From the NCBI GenBank assembly GCA_002189035.1, contig NEEC01000009.1, positions 3,389,941-3,453,940 on the forward strand: a stretch of 64,000 nucleotides of DNA. Reading direction: 5' to 3'. Positions 27,572 through 45,195 of the stretch are shown one piece after another. Made by a program: the position numbers and the translations under genes. Each line of letters starts with the position of its first letter. The first letter of the stretch is position 1. The notes under the pieces are model-generated. The model did not search any database. It saw only the letters and a program-made list of their open reading frames with translations, and was not told where the DNA came from. The stretch is from Utricularia gibba. Its lineage: Eukaryota > Plantae > Magnoliophyta.

Positions 27572-30284
27572 ATGCGCGCGATTGCTGCAACCCACGGTTT
27601 CCTTATCCACCACCGGGTGGGGCTGGCTGTGTTCCGCTCCCCTTTGGGCAATGCTCCTCCGCTTCGGAAGTCAAATCTGGGTCTAGCGCTTTCATTTCTT
27701 CAGCCTAAAGCTTTCTTTGAAGTCAAATCTCATTCTAAGGCACACGACGATAATAATGCACTACCGGGTGCGAGGTCTGGTTCGCTTTCTTCCCCTCCAG
27801 TCCAAATGGATGCTTCTTTTCAGAGAATTGATGTTAATCCACCAAGGGGAACGCGGGATTTTCCACCAGAAGAAATGAGGCTTCGCAATTGGTTGTTTCA
27901 GAATTTCAGGGAGGTAGTCTTAAGAGTCAATTTTTTTCTTGCATACCCTTCTCCAACAAAAAGGAACTCGATTGTTGCAATTTTCAGGTTTCCCTTTTGT
28001 ATGGCTTCGAAGAGGTTGATTTTCCTGTACTAGAATCAGAGGCATTGTTCATCAGGAAAGCTGGTGAGGAGATCAGGGAACAGGTGCCGTTTTTTTATTC
28101 ACTTTTCTAGCAGAATTAATGTTATCCTGAACACCTAAATTTAGTGTGGAATATAGGTAGATAAGTGTGCAATACTTCTGCGTAAGATCTTTTATTTTTT
28201 TGTTGCGTCTGTCAGCTTTACAGCTTTGAGGATCGTGGTAACCGTCGAGTTGCACTAAGGCCAGAACTTACTCCATCTCTGGCAAGGCTAGTGATTCAAA
28301 AGGGGTAATTCCTATGTCTCATACCTATTATGAAGTGTTCGTTTGATACTGTAAATGCTTATTGCTTCCAACACCATCTCTGTGATTTTATACAGAAAAT
28401 CTATATCCCTACCGCTAAGATGGTTTGCCATTGGACAGTGCTGGCGGTATGAGCGAATGACTAGGGGGCGCCGTCGTGAGCACTACCAGTGGAACATGGA
28501 TGTCATTGGTGTACCTGGGGTCATAGTATGTCATTTCTTTTATGTGGCATTTTTACTTTATATTGGTGTTTCAAGTCCCATAATGATTGTTGTGGTACGC
28601 TTAAAATGCTTCTGAATTTAAGAGGTCCAAGTGTTGTCTGGATGATCATGTTATCAGGCAGAGGCGGAGTTAATTTCTTGTATCGTCACTTTTTTCAAGC
28701 GCATTGGAATCACGGAGGCAGATGTTGGCTTCAAAATTTCTAGTCGAAAGGTGTGAAAACTAGACCTTTTGAGGTTATTTTTCTGGTATCCAATATTAGT
28801 TTTTCATTGGTGTTCTGTTCTTTTAGAGAAAGATTTTAACAAGTGTTGGGTTTTGAGTTTTTTCCATGTGATGACTTTGAAGGTTGCATATTGAGGTATC
28901 ATTATGTTGTGATTGTGAAGAAATGAATCGGAAGACTTAAATGAGTAAAGCAAAGCCACTATTTTTGTCCAGAATGATTGCATACAACATCTTGAGAATA
29001 ATAGGATTTCCTATAATATTTTTTGTTGATTCTGTTTGCTTTGTGCCTTTAGTTTTTAAAGTTTTTTACATTCCACAGGTTTTGCAAGGATTATTGAGGC
29101 ACTATTCTGTTCCTGATGACTTATTTGGCAGAGTATGTGTCATCATCGACAAGGTAAGTGCACTAGTAAAATATGGTCATATGTTGTGATTTGCATGCCA
29201 AATCCAAGTCCTTTTTTTCCCTTAACTCTGTGCTCTGTTATGGACAGTTGGAGAAGATTCCAATAGATGAGATCAAGTCTCAGTTGACATCAGTGGGATT
29301 ATTGGAGGAAGCCGTTGAAGATCTGTTGCAGCTTCTCTCTTTGAAATCATTGGAAGAGTTGGAGGGTTGGCTGTTAATTTTCTTATCACATATTTAAACT
29401 ATGAGGCGTTCTCAGGTAATATTGACTCTGAAAGTCATTCCAGTGAAACTTGGGTGTTCAGTGGAAGGCTTATCTGAGTTGAAGGAATTATTTGCACTTG
29501 CTGAGAAGTATGGCTACTCAAGTTGGATCCAGTTTGATGCATCGGTTGTGCGTGGATTGGCCTACTACACAGGAATTGTATTTGAGGTGAGAAAGTTTTC
29601 TTTTTTCCAGAGTGCATTCCTCCTGAATATGATATGACTGTGAACTTGCCGCATGGTTGTCTATCTTCATGAACAGGGCTTTGATCGGGAAGGAAAGCTG
29701 CGGGCTATATGTGGTGGTGGGAGATATGACAAACTTCTGGCTTCTTTGGGGGGAGACGACATCCCCGCATGTGGATTTGGATTTGGGGATGCAGTCATTG
29801 TAGAGGTGAGATTGCTCCTCTGCTGGCACGGCGGGTAATCGGTCATTTGGTGCGTTTTTTTTCTGGTGCATCGTTGAAGGTTGTGTGTTTGTGATTCTCC
29901 GTTCAGCTGCTAAAAGAAAAGAATCTTATGCCAAGACTTGGCCTGGAGATAGAAAACATAGTTTGCTATCTGGATCAAGAGCTTCTAGGCGCTGCTGCCT
30001 TGGTTGCTACTAAGCTACGGGCAAAGGGGCAACGTGCGGTTTTGGTTTTTGAACACAAACCACTTAAACGGTATAAGCTTGCTGCTGCTATTCATGTGAG
30101 TAGTTTGTGTTGTTGTGCTTGCGCTACACTGTGGCTGGCGTGCAGGGTGTTCAAGGAGGCGGAGAAGATGAGCGCCCGGAGGCTGATAATAGTGGGAAGT
30201 CAGGAATGGGAAAAGGGCTCCGTTGCCGTTAAAATTCTTTCCTCCGGTGATCAACACGTCGTACCACTGGACGAGCTGGAGTAG
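27572..30284 (+). CDS. Histidine--tRNA ligase, chloroplastic/mitochondrial, 10 exons
   Basis: Transit peptide MRAIAATH..., [71 protein letters not shown], anticodon-binding C-terminus ending PLDELE*. Confidence 0.95.
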
Positions 30285-30960
30285 AATAATAAATATTAAT
30301 TTTTTTTATTATTTTTGGTTGGCTCGCATTTCTCATAGAATTCATAAATATTATTTTGAACAAGTACAGACGGGTTGTTCGTTTAAAAAAGAAAAGTGAT
30401 TATTATATAGATATTTCCGTAGAGCGCTGTTGGGCCAGCGGGCAAAGGAAACATTCAAATTTTTTAGCTTCCCTTCCCTTGTTAGTTGGATACCAAATCT
30501 TCACTCGGACAAGGCCGCCCCTAAATCGGATTTTGAATTCCGTGACTTCCTTTGGAAGGTCGCACCCTCTGCTTTAAGTCATCCCCTTCTCTGGCCATCT
30601 TCAATCAATGATGAAGCTTTCTTGACTGTTATCCAAGCTCTGGAAGGGTGGTGTCTGTGATTCGGTGATTCTGGTGCTGGATTAGCCCCGTTGGCGCTCA
30701 ATTTGCTATTTTCTGTTTCGTATTGCTATCAATCTTGGATTCTGATCCTGGCTTGTTCACATGAATGTTCAAGATATTGCCATTGAAAGGTGTATTTTCT
30801 AGGTCGCAGGTATTGAATGGGCACCCGAAAGAGTTGTTCGGTTCTTTCTTGAATTCATCTGCGCGTGTTACTTATCCTACGCATTTTCATCCGTTCCTTT
30901 TTTTTTTTTTTTTTCTCTCGCTCTCTCTTTCTCTCCTTCTTTTCATAAGAATCTGGGAAC

Positions 30961-32755
30961 ATGGGAAGAAGCCTGAGCCCAGCATTGCGTCAGGAGTTGG
31001 AAAATCTCGATAGAGATGGCGATAGCAGGAAATCAGCCATCAAGGCATTGAAATCATATGTAAAGGATTTGGACACCACGGCAATACCTATCTTTCTTGC
31101 CAAAGTTTCTGAAACCAGACAAGCTGGTCTGTCGTCAGGCGAGCATACTGTTTCACTCTATGAGGTCCTTGCTAGAGTCCATGGGGCAAAGATCGTGCCT
31201 CAGATAGACAATATTATGAGTTCCATTGTGAAAACCTTGTCTTCAAGTGCTGGGTCTTTTCCTCTTCACCAGGCTTGCTCAAAAGTTGTTCCAGCTATTG
31301 CTAGGTATGCAATTGATCCATCAACACCCGGTGATAGGAAGACAAGCATCATTCGCAGTCTGTGTAAGCCTCTTTCGGACAGTCTATTGGCAAGCCAGGA
31401 GAATCTATCTTCAGGAGCCGCGCTTTGTCTGCAGGCGCTAGTGGAATCTGATAATTGGCGTTTTGCTTCAAATGATCTGACAAATGAAGTTTGCCAGAGA
31501 GTGGCGGCTGCTTTGGAGAAGCATTCTCAGGCCAATTCCTGTATGGCTTTAGTCACAGCTTTGGCTAAGCACAACAGTCTGATTGTTGAAGCTTATTCTA
31601 GACTGCTAATTAGAGCTGGCCTGAGAATTCTTGAAGCTGGTACGAGTGAAGGAAATTCCCAGAAACAGTTTTCAGCGATACACATGGTGAGCTCTCTCAT
31701 GAGGTTTCTTGACCCGAGAAGTATATGCTCCGAACTTGAGCTGGTTATAAGGGAAATGGAGAAGTGCCAGGCTCATCGCATGCCATTTGTTACAGGTGCC
31801 GCTTTTGAAGCTTTGCAAATAGCTAAAAAAATATATCCAGGAAATGGTACGAAAATAAGCACGGTCGAAGAGTTGTCCTTCACTGCATCACCTGAGTCTC
31901 ATACTGTTGATTCGTTTATCCGAAGCGAGTTCTCTGCTGTTTCACCAAATTCAGTAAATCAGGGCCATCCCAACTTGGTATCTAGTAGCAGAACCATGAA
32001 TCGTCGTAGACTTTGGCGAAATTGTCGCGGTGGTCTCATGGACATCAATCGTGAGGATGCTATATTATCAGATATGACTGGCAGAAGTGGCCTCACTTGC
32101 TCTGACTACGACGATGAATGTCACGGCCATAGAGATTACCCTGAAAGTTTTGCAGGTTCCGATGATGGAAGTACCAAAACTCCTTGTCAAAATGTATGCC
32201 TTTCTAGCTTTTCTGAGATATTCTGATTACACTCATCTCATAATACATCTGTCATTCATTTTTCAGCATTCTAATTCTCACATTAAAGTTGAAGATGTGA
32301 AGATATTCAGCACCCCAAGAAGGCTCATCCGCTCACTGCAAGATGTGGATGATTCCAACTCGAGCGCCTCCAGCAAGAGAACTCGAAAAATCTGGAAAAT
32401 TAATGGGATACCAAAACCAATGCTTGATAAAAATTGTTTGTTTTACCCTGAAGATGCAGGAGAACCTGATCTTGATCAAGATTGTCTCTTTTACACTGAA
32501 GACGGGATGGCGCCTCACAGCTCAGAATCTGTTTCTTCTACCGATAACGTGGCTGTCAATGGAAAAGATCACAGTTTGTCTTCTGGGTTGGGTTACACAA
32601 GCGAAATGCAACTAGAAAGAGTTGCTTTTGAAAGGAACCACTTCAAAGCCAAATGGAGGTTGGTTTGTGGTTTCGTTGTATTCCTATTTGCTGGGCTTAT
32701 GTGTCTCCTTGCAAACAATGATGTCAAGGATGGCCGCATTCTCACCCCAACATAG
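30961..32755 (+). CDS. SINE1: SUN-interacting nuclear envelope protein (ARM repeats plus KASH tail), 2 exons (intron 32194-32266)
   Basis: MGRSLSPALRQELENLDRDGDSRKSAIKALKSYVKDLD...SAGSFPLHQACSKVVPAIARY matches recalled SINE1. C-terminal TM segment followed by a short tail ending ILTPT*, a plant KASH pattern. Confidence 0.88.
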
Positions 32756-33301
32756 CGCTTCTGTGGATGCGGTTGTGATGTCTTTTATCTGAACACAGAC
32801 GTTTGGTTTACCTTCCAGCAAGATATGTTGGTGCATTCCTTTTGTTACTTCAAGAACTTCAATCCCCATTTATGAATTAGTTTGAACCACGGACTTCGTT
32901 GGAACTTGTGAACACTTTCTACAAATTACCATTGCTCCGTGCCTAGGGGTGTCGTTGCCGAAGCTATGAGGAATGAGATAAGAGAAGCCATAGATGAGAA
33001 AGCTTCTTTGCAGAAGCATTTGCAGGTTTTACTTGATGGCGCTATCCCTACAACTTCTATTAATCTATTCGCCTCATCTGCATGAGTGGCATTAACGGCG
33101 GCTTATAAATAACAGCCAGTATTTAGCTACGGCAAATGGTAAATCCAACAGTATGCAACGTCGAACTGTCTAAAACATGCGACATGTCGCTAGTTTCATG
33201 CCATTATTAGACACCGCCCATTTTCAGATACTAAAAATCACAGATAGCAGAGTCCCATAAAGAGGAGATGACACGAAACCCAGTTCAAGAATGCCCTGAA
33301 T

Positions 33302-34716
33302 TTAGGAGCTCATGACGGAGCTCGAATTCCTGCGACACTCGGCCAACATATCCATGTAGAACTGGCACTTGCTGATTTCGTTGCCATAGCTGTTCAAGCA
33401 CTGCAAAAAAAGTCACCACAGTATCAACTTGAGGAATGATGCTAAACACGGGCAACCTCATTCAAATTATCCAAATAATGTCTACCGAACAGTCATTTCT
33501 AAGTCTCGTTCTTCCACCTGGGGGATAGATTACTTTCATGCATTAAACGTAATGAAACTGTAATCCCAAAATTGCAGAGGGCTTACATCCTGAAAAGCCT
33601 TTGAATGCACCATGCAGGCATCACTTCCCATGCTGGAAGCACCTGGTGCCTGCACTCCAGTGGCTTCGGACACTACTGTTTCGTGTTGAATGGTTCGAGG
33701 ACCCATAACTGCATCCACTGCCCGGTGTGCAACAGCACTACCAGTGCCAAAAGCCATTCCTAAAGAAATGTATTGGGGTCCAAGACATTAGGGCGTAGAA
33801 CATAAACCAACTCACGACATTCTGAGTTGTTGAAGTACCTTGAGCTATGGTTGCACCAATTCCTCCAAGCAATGACCCACCAGAACCACTTTGAACGGGA
33901 GCTGGTGGAGGAGCATGATTCACTACGTGCATGAAAAGATAAGTGAGCAGGAAAGAAACAAACGCCTAAAGACGAGTCAGACTAAAAATCTTGACCCTTC
34001 TCCACCGTGAAAATATCACGGCACCCCTAAATGGATAGAAAATGTTACCTGGTTGAGGTGGTGGGCTACGGACAGCAGCAGGACGAGGGGCAGGGCGTGC
34101 AGACCTTCCTAAACTCGATTCCAATAGACGTTCGGTCAGTAACTAAAGTACCAGAAAGCTTATCCAAGGTTCTCACGAAACTAGAATAAACAAGGTTTTC
34201 CACATATTTTAGCTTTTCCCAAGCAAATGTTTATTTTTTCATTCCATTGGTATTCATTATATTTCAATGCATTTCAACAATTAAACAAAGATATCATCAA
34301 ACCAATAACACAAAAAATAATCAATTACACAACGCCACACGCACATTTGGATGCAAATTAAAAAATTAGAGGAGGGAACCCACTTATCATGATTCTGATC
34401 ACGAAACAAAAACATGAATCCAAAAACATCGTCTATTAAACGATGCAAAGATTTCAGTTTACTTTGAATATGCATCAGAAGGCTTCAAAAACTATACCCT
34501 TTCTCGCTGCAATATTTCACAAGGAGATTCGAATTGTATTCTAGACCACCCGATAGAAATACCCACAAATTCCATGAAGAGGGTTCAAGCGATAGCCCAA
34601 AGTAAACAAACGTAAACACGGAAAGAACACGGGATCGAAAAAATACATTCGTGAACAACTAGGAAAGGTAGTTCGAGCGACGCAACAAACTCACCACCGG
34701 AGCTACGACGAGGCAT
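33302..34716 (-). CDS. CHCH-domain mitochondrial protein (CHCHD2/CHCHD10-like), 5 exons
   Basis: MPRRSSG|GRSARPAPRPAA...|...GGSLLGGIGATIAQG|MAFGTGSAVAHRAVDAVMGPRTIQHE...C...F|CLNSYGNEISKCQFYMDMLAECRR: twin Cx9C motif. Confidence 0.92.
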
Positions 34717-34877
34717 TGTTGTTGGCTTCGAGACTCTTCTCACACGCAACAACAGATCTGGTACTCGTCCTCGTGGCCCCTCTTGGACCCCTTTTATGGA
34801 AGGTGAAGCCCTAGGGGAGACGTGTCGTTAATCCGTCGGTTAAGTTTGGAAGGGTACCAGTCTACCAGAGACGCTCA

Positions 34878-35015
34878 TGGGCCGGGTCTGTTTTATTTTA
34901 GTTTTTAGAAATGAACCCCAGCAGCAGTGGGCCCATGCACGATACACATTCGGCCTGCTTTTTGTTAGTTTTGGTAAGCTGTGGTTGGGCCAACGTGAAA
35001 CCCTGCGTCGGCCCA
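34878..35015. promoter_or_regulatory. Site II (TGGGCY) cluster in the divergent CHCH/GYRB intergenic region
   Basis: TGGGCC at 34878, 34928 and 34986 and GGCCCA at 35010; the two ATGs are 537 bp apart head-to-head. Confidence 0.6.
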
Positions 35016-35252
35016 GACGACGTAGAGCAGCAGTGGAAATGAAACGGGCAATGCAGGCCTTTATTTTGGAGGGCTTAGAAAATAAGAAAATTGCCAAAAG
35101 TCCCCATCCGGCAGAAGCCACCAGGACCGGAGGTTTTTGTAAAAGCGCTATCTTTCGCCCGCCTCCTGCTTGTGGCCTCCCCTGCCTCCAGCAAGGATAC
35201 GAAACGAAAGCGAATCGAAAACTTGGGAACACACGGAAACATCAATATATGA

Positions 35253-39950
<4,698 letters not shown>

Positions 39951-40284
39951 AACCAGAGTCGCCAATTTCAGTAGCAGGCTCGACTGACTTGTGATGACCA
40001 ACTGGTCTGCTGAATGTCGGCAGTCGGCCAGCCTCAAGTGTCCATTTGCTTGCTGGATTTCATACTCGTGTTGTGAATGGTCGTCGTCTATTTCAAGTCG
40101 AGCCATGTCATTTATTACCACTCAATCCAAGATAATATTTCTAGGTGATGGCGTGGCAGAGGCAGAGGCAGAGGCAGGGCAAGAGCCACGGGTCTGTGAT
40201 ATAATTAATAACAACGTGAAAGTTGCCGACGAAGTGTGGTAGGCCTGAATGCGCGGACTGTTTACGCTCTAAACAGCTTTAACG

Positions 40285-40420
40285 CCTCCCATGGGCTATT
40301 TTTGAACTACAGTAATACGCCCGAGTTTTAATGAGCCTTTTGGGTTTTCGCCTGGGCCCTATCAAATTTTCTCCAGGCTAAGAAGTAACTGCTTATGGGC
40401 TCAATATACTGTATGGGCTT
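40285..40420 (+). promoter_or_regulatory. Site II cluster upstream of HMGCL
   Basis: ATGGGCT, CTGGGCCC, ATGGGCTC and ATGGGCTT within ~130 bp upstream of the gene. Confidence 0.45.
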
Positions 40421-40597
40421 TTCGGCGTCGTTTCCAAACGAGCGTCAAAATCCGGAATTGGCTGGGTGAGTGAAGCTAGTCTACGGTGGTTTTCTTTCTG
40501 GATTTCCTTTTTCCTAACCGTGGCTTGTTTTCTAAATGCGAATTTCACATTCGCAGCTTGTTGTAGTTTTGGAAACTTCTTTCATCATTCAAGCTAA

Positions 40598-42879
40598 ATG
40601 TTGATGTCTAGATTATGGAACAAGCTTTATAATTTAAGATCTGGGGCAGGAAAGTCGGTCTTCCAATGGGAGATGAACGTCCAATTTGTCGGCCATGATG
40701 GAGAAGCTCGCCGTGGTCTGCACGTCCTGTAAGCCGAACCTTTTACTGTTATGAGATTTTAGTGGTTTCTTCTGCTGGTTTAGATGAGGCGTTTTTGTTG
40801 TATGCCTGCAACACGCCAACTGATATCCCAGCTTCTCGACTTCCGCATGTTCCTTAAACTGTTTCTAGTGTTTTCTGATTACAAAGTTTGTATTGGATTG
40901 TGCCTGGTGGTGCTATTTCCTGTGTTGTTGATGCTATTTAACGTGTTAAATACTGTCCATTTTTTCTTGATGTCACTTACCAGTACATTAAAATAGGATC
41001 GCGCTATTAGAATGTTTTCTGTGTAGTAAGGATATGGCCAAGGAGGCAGCTTCCTTAGATGCCAACACGAGGAGGGGATCTCTCTCCAATGAACTTAGTA
41101 GTCCCCCAAAAAGGACAGCGGATGCAAAAGATAAGGTTATGCTGAAGTTTGTGATTCTGTACTGTAACTTAGCAGTATTGAGAACGGGTTCTTTCTAAAA
41201 GTTCATTTGCGGATTGCCTTGCAGCGTTAAAAGAAAAGATCCATTTCATACGGCTGTACATCTATATTCTCCATGCATTGCACTTGCTTTGCAAAAACAT
41301 TTCAAGCAATCCATTTCCGGCTCTCCCTTAAGAGACTTATTGTCTCTTGATCCTCAGGTGTGGGATTTTACTCCAGGATTTGTAAAGATAGTAGAAGTTG
41401 GCCCAAGAGATGGCCTTCAAAATGAGAAAGAGATCGTACCAACTTCCGTGAAAGTCAAGTTGATAGAGATGCTTGTTTCTTCTGGGTTACCTGTTGTGGA
41501 GGCTACTAGCTTTGTCTCACCTAAGTGGATTCCTCAGGTGCTGGTAACGTGTTTCCACAAATTAAAAATGGGAAGCCTGAGGCCCTGTTTCTTCTCCATT
41601 AAAAATCGTTCTTGTTAGCTAATCCGTCTAGTAATCATCAATTCTTTATGGCTAGCTTTTTGTTCCATATTTTTGTTGTGATCTTGGGACTTGGGCAGTA
41701 TTTACATCTGAATGGTGTTAATGTGTTGCACACCGTATCTTAGTTGGTCTCTCGCGTTGTATATCATGTGTTATTCATTGCTTTTGGATTTACTTAGTCG
41801 TGTTGTTCATGCAACACTTTACAATTGCAGCTAGCTGATGCAAGTGAAGTAATGTTAGGTATTAAGAACATTCAGAATTCCAGGTTCCCAGTTTTGACTC
41901 CAAATCTCAAAGTAGGCCGCTGAGTGCTAGTGAATGTTTCTTTTACCAACCACTAAATTTCCCTGTACTCGTTGTAGGGTTTTGAGGCCGCTGTTGCAGC
42001 TGGGGCCAAAGAAGTGGCTATTTTTGCTGCAGCGTCTGAGTCCTTTTCCAAATCAAACTTAAATTGCAGCATTGGAGATAGTTTGGCTCGGTATCGGGAC
42101 ATCACCACTGCTGCAAACAGCCACTCGATCCCTGTTCGTGGGTATGTCATATTGGCTTCGTTGGCCTGACCTTTACTCATTGAGCGATATATGACCGGAA
42201 AATGCGCTTTCTAATTCCTCATCAGATATGTCTCATGTGTTGTTGGCTGCCCTGTGGAAGGGTATGTATCGCCATCCAAGGTAGCAGATGTTGCAGGAAA
42301 GCTCTATGATATGGGTTGTGTTGAAATATCCCTTGGTGATACAATTGGTGTCGGGACTCCCGGTATTCCTTGCATTTGACCATGCAGACTGAAATCTTTC
42401 AATCAGTAAGCCTTGGGATTTTTTTTTCCAGGTGAAGTAGGTAGGATGCTGGATTACGTGCTTTCTGTCGTGCCTGTTGACAACGTTGCAGTTCATTTTC
42501 ACGACACTTATGGGCAAGCTCTTTCCAACATCCTTTTTTCCCTTCAAGTGAGTTTAAAATTGCTACTCACTGCTTTCAAATGCAGCTTGATTTAGGTTTT
42601 TGTTTGGTCCTACCTTTTGCTGTAAAATTGTGTTTGTGACAGAGGGGCATCCGCGTGATAGACTCCTCTGTGTCCGGACTTGGCGGTTGCCCATACGCGA
42701 AAGGCGCCTCGGGAAACGTTGCCACAGAAGACGTAGTCTACATGCTGAAGGGGATGGGGTTTGAAACAAATGTGGATCTGAAGAGGGTTATTGCGGCTGG
42801 AGAGTATATATGCAGGCACTTGGGCCGGCCCTCCGGGTCCAAGACGGCAACTGCTTATCTGGCCAAACACTCGTCGTAG
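40598..42879 (+). CDS. HMGCL: Hydroxymethylglutaryl-CoA lyase, mitochondrial
   Basis: [88 protein letters not shown]. First exons ([16 protein letters not shown]..., presequence-like) inferred from splice sites and frame. Confidence 0.9.
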
Positions 42880-43827
42880 CCTAGCCACTGTACGGCTACG
42901 CCGCCACTCACTGACTCCGGAACCCAAGGTTGCTCTTGGCAATGGCTGTTGTGTGTGGTAACGATTCTTCGCCTGTCCAACAAAGATCATATTATAATGA
43001 AAGTGCGGCGTCGGTTGAGATCCCAGCCAGTCAATTTAGGCGGAACTGATTCGATGCCACTTGGCAGCTGCAGGCACGGCTACTACTGCTATTTTCAAAG
43101 CGCCAAGCGTTTGGTTGGCCATGAACAACATGGTCGACCAGTCAAATGATAGTTAATGCAAATTTCAAAAAAGAATGTGTAGAACTGGTTCTTTCAGGGC
43201 ATGCGATGAGGGGGGAATTTTCAAGGGTTAAAATTTGATAGTAACAAATCTACAGTTTTCTGGGGCAGCACATGATAGTGTCAGCTTACTTTACAGAAAA
43301 TATATAAATTTGATTTGATTTGATTTCCGTAAACGACAGACAGACTGACTTCTCTTCTCTGCTGGTGTATGTCTGGCTTTCCTTTCGCCCTCTCGGTCAT
43401 AAATGTTTATGCACTGAATGCGAAATAAAAGAAAAGGTAAGAACCCCCATTCCATAAAAGCCACCAAACCAACCACATTTATTGCAGGGCATGGTATGCT
43501 CATGCGATGCGCTGAGATGATCCGATGCTTTCATTTGATTGATTGTTGGGGAGTTAGGTTCAGAATGAAAGTAGATGACGGGGTTGGTTCATGTCTAGAC
43601 TAGAGTTTTGAATCAAGAAATGAAAAAGCAACCGATTTGCGCTTGTCTTAAAGGAGAGGAAACCAAGACAAACCCCCACCAATCCAAGTGAAAGTCAGAC
43701 AGACGGATCTAGCTTTCATGTTCGATGTCGTAATCAAACAAAATTAATGTGACGGAGTTTAAGACAAAACTCTAGGAGTAGTGGCGTTTTTGTGGACGCA
43801 GAAGTGAGATAGTGACTCCCTTCTAGC

Positions 43828-44092
43828 TCATCTTCTTCTGTTGTGGAGAGGATTGGACCGGCGTAAACTGTCCTCTTGTCTGCTCCAAAAACTTGCTCTT
43901 CTTCTTCCCTGGACCTGGAATAATCACTTCCACAATGTCGGAGCCTGGCGCCTAATCCGGAGGAAGAGATTTTTCGTTCAACTTTGGGGAACTGCTCTTA
44001 CTCAGCAACGGATGACCCATCTCCGAGACCACCAAACATAACGCGACAAGAAAAAGAAAACCCCCAATCATAAACTTTCTCACCCGAATCAT
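43828..44092 (-). CDS. CLE (CLAVATA3/ESR-related) peptide precursor, CLE16/17/19/21/22-like; two -1 frameshifts
   Basis: Signal peptide MIRVRKFMIGGFLFLVALCLVVSE. Adding one base near 43970 and one A at 43853 gives an 88-aa precursor ending EEEEQVFGADK-RTVYAGPNPLHN-RRR*. Not in the supplied ORF track. Confidence 0.8.
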
Positions 44093-44939
44093 TCAGTTAC
44101 TCAGCCAGAAGGGACTACTCACATTTGTCTCAGCTCACCAGAAGAATCTCCCTCTCCTGCTTGTGCTGGATATATGTGTCCCCGGGGAGTTTGAATGCGC
44201 GGAATCAGAAATGAATTATTATTTGATGAAAGAAACTTGCTGCTGCTGTTGCCATATTTTCTTTTTCCGGGCTGGCAGAACCGCAGAGCCGAATGAGGGA
44301 GCAAATGAAATGAAATGCTGGAAGGCTGGCTGCTCTTCCTTTCCTAATACATGCAATGCAATGAAACGAAACCACTCCTGCTCTGGCTCTCCATCTCTCT
44401 CGTATTTAAATCCTTCGTGGGAATCAGTGAGAATTTTCATAATGCTCATAAAATCTGACAACTGCGTAAGGTTTTTTAAAGATGTAGTAAATGGGGATAG
44501 GCATTTCGTAGTAATACGATCACTAATTACCTACTGGTTTTTGTCCCGAGAAGCAAAGGGAAACAGTTACCCTCATATTTTCCAAAGCCATGCATATACG
44601 ACACACGTAATCTTTTTCATAAAAAAAGGCACCCAAAATCTCAACTCTTATAATTTGTCTGCGTTGTGTGTCAAGAGGGTGAAGAAATCGAGGTCGAGGC
44701 ACTCGAGTTGTCGATTGTTCAGTCCAGTCCCTTGCGTTGAACAATGTCTCAGGCTCCGCTCCGCAAGGGGTGGAAATGCGATTTGTTCCTTCTTCATATC
44801 ATCAATAGGAAAAGAACATCTACAAAAGCAGTATGCATTTCAAATTCGCGAATCGTGCACAAAGTATACTTAATCTTCGCACACGCAGTATAACATTTGA
44901 TTCGAGGGGTTGTGCTCACTCAAGGAATAGCTGTAGTGC

Positions 44940-45084
44940 TAGGGTTAGGGTTGGAATATCGAAATAGTGGGCGGCGAATCCTCCCACAGCTCTTAATAAG
45001 GAAAGAAGACCGACTCGACCCGACCGGCCATCCATACTGTTTAGTTGGGCTTCCCTTTCCCACCGTACTAATTGTTTAGGCCCA
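44940..45084. promoter_or_regulatory. Telo-box-like repeat plus Site II elements, a likely bidirectional promoter
   Basis: AACCCTAACCCTA on the minus strand at 44940-44952, TGGGCT at 45046, GGCCCA at 45079. Confidence 0.5.
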
Positions 45085-45195
45085 ATACCTGGAACAAGGA
45101 GCCCCAGACCAATTATTATATCGTCATTCGCCAGAGATTGGAATGAGCTTCCATCTCATACCAGATCCAGCGGCCTTGTTCCCTGATTTGGTGTT

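Noticed and set aside
44163-44873. 236-aa plus-strand ORF
   Set aside because: Non-ATG start, Cys/Phe/Ser-rich UTR-like composition and no recognisable motif. It overlaps the CLE leader and promoter on the other strand.
44975-45000. CTCCCACAGCT resembling the snRNA USE element
   Set aside because: It mismatches RTCCCACATCG, and no correctly spaced TATA or recognisable snRNA follows.
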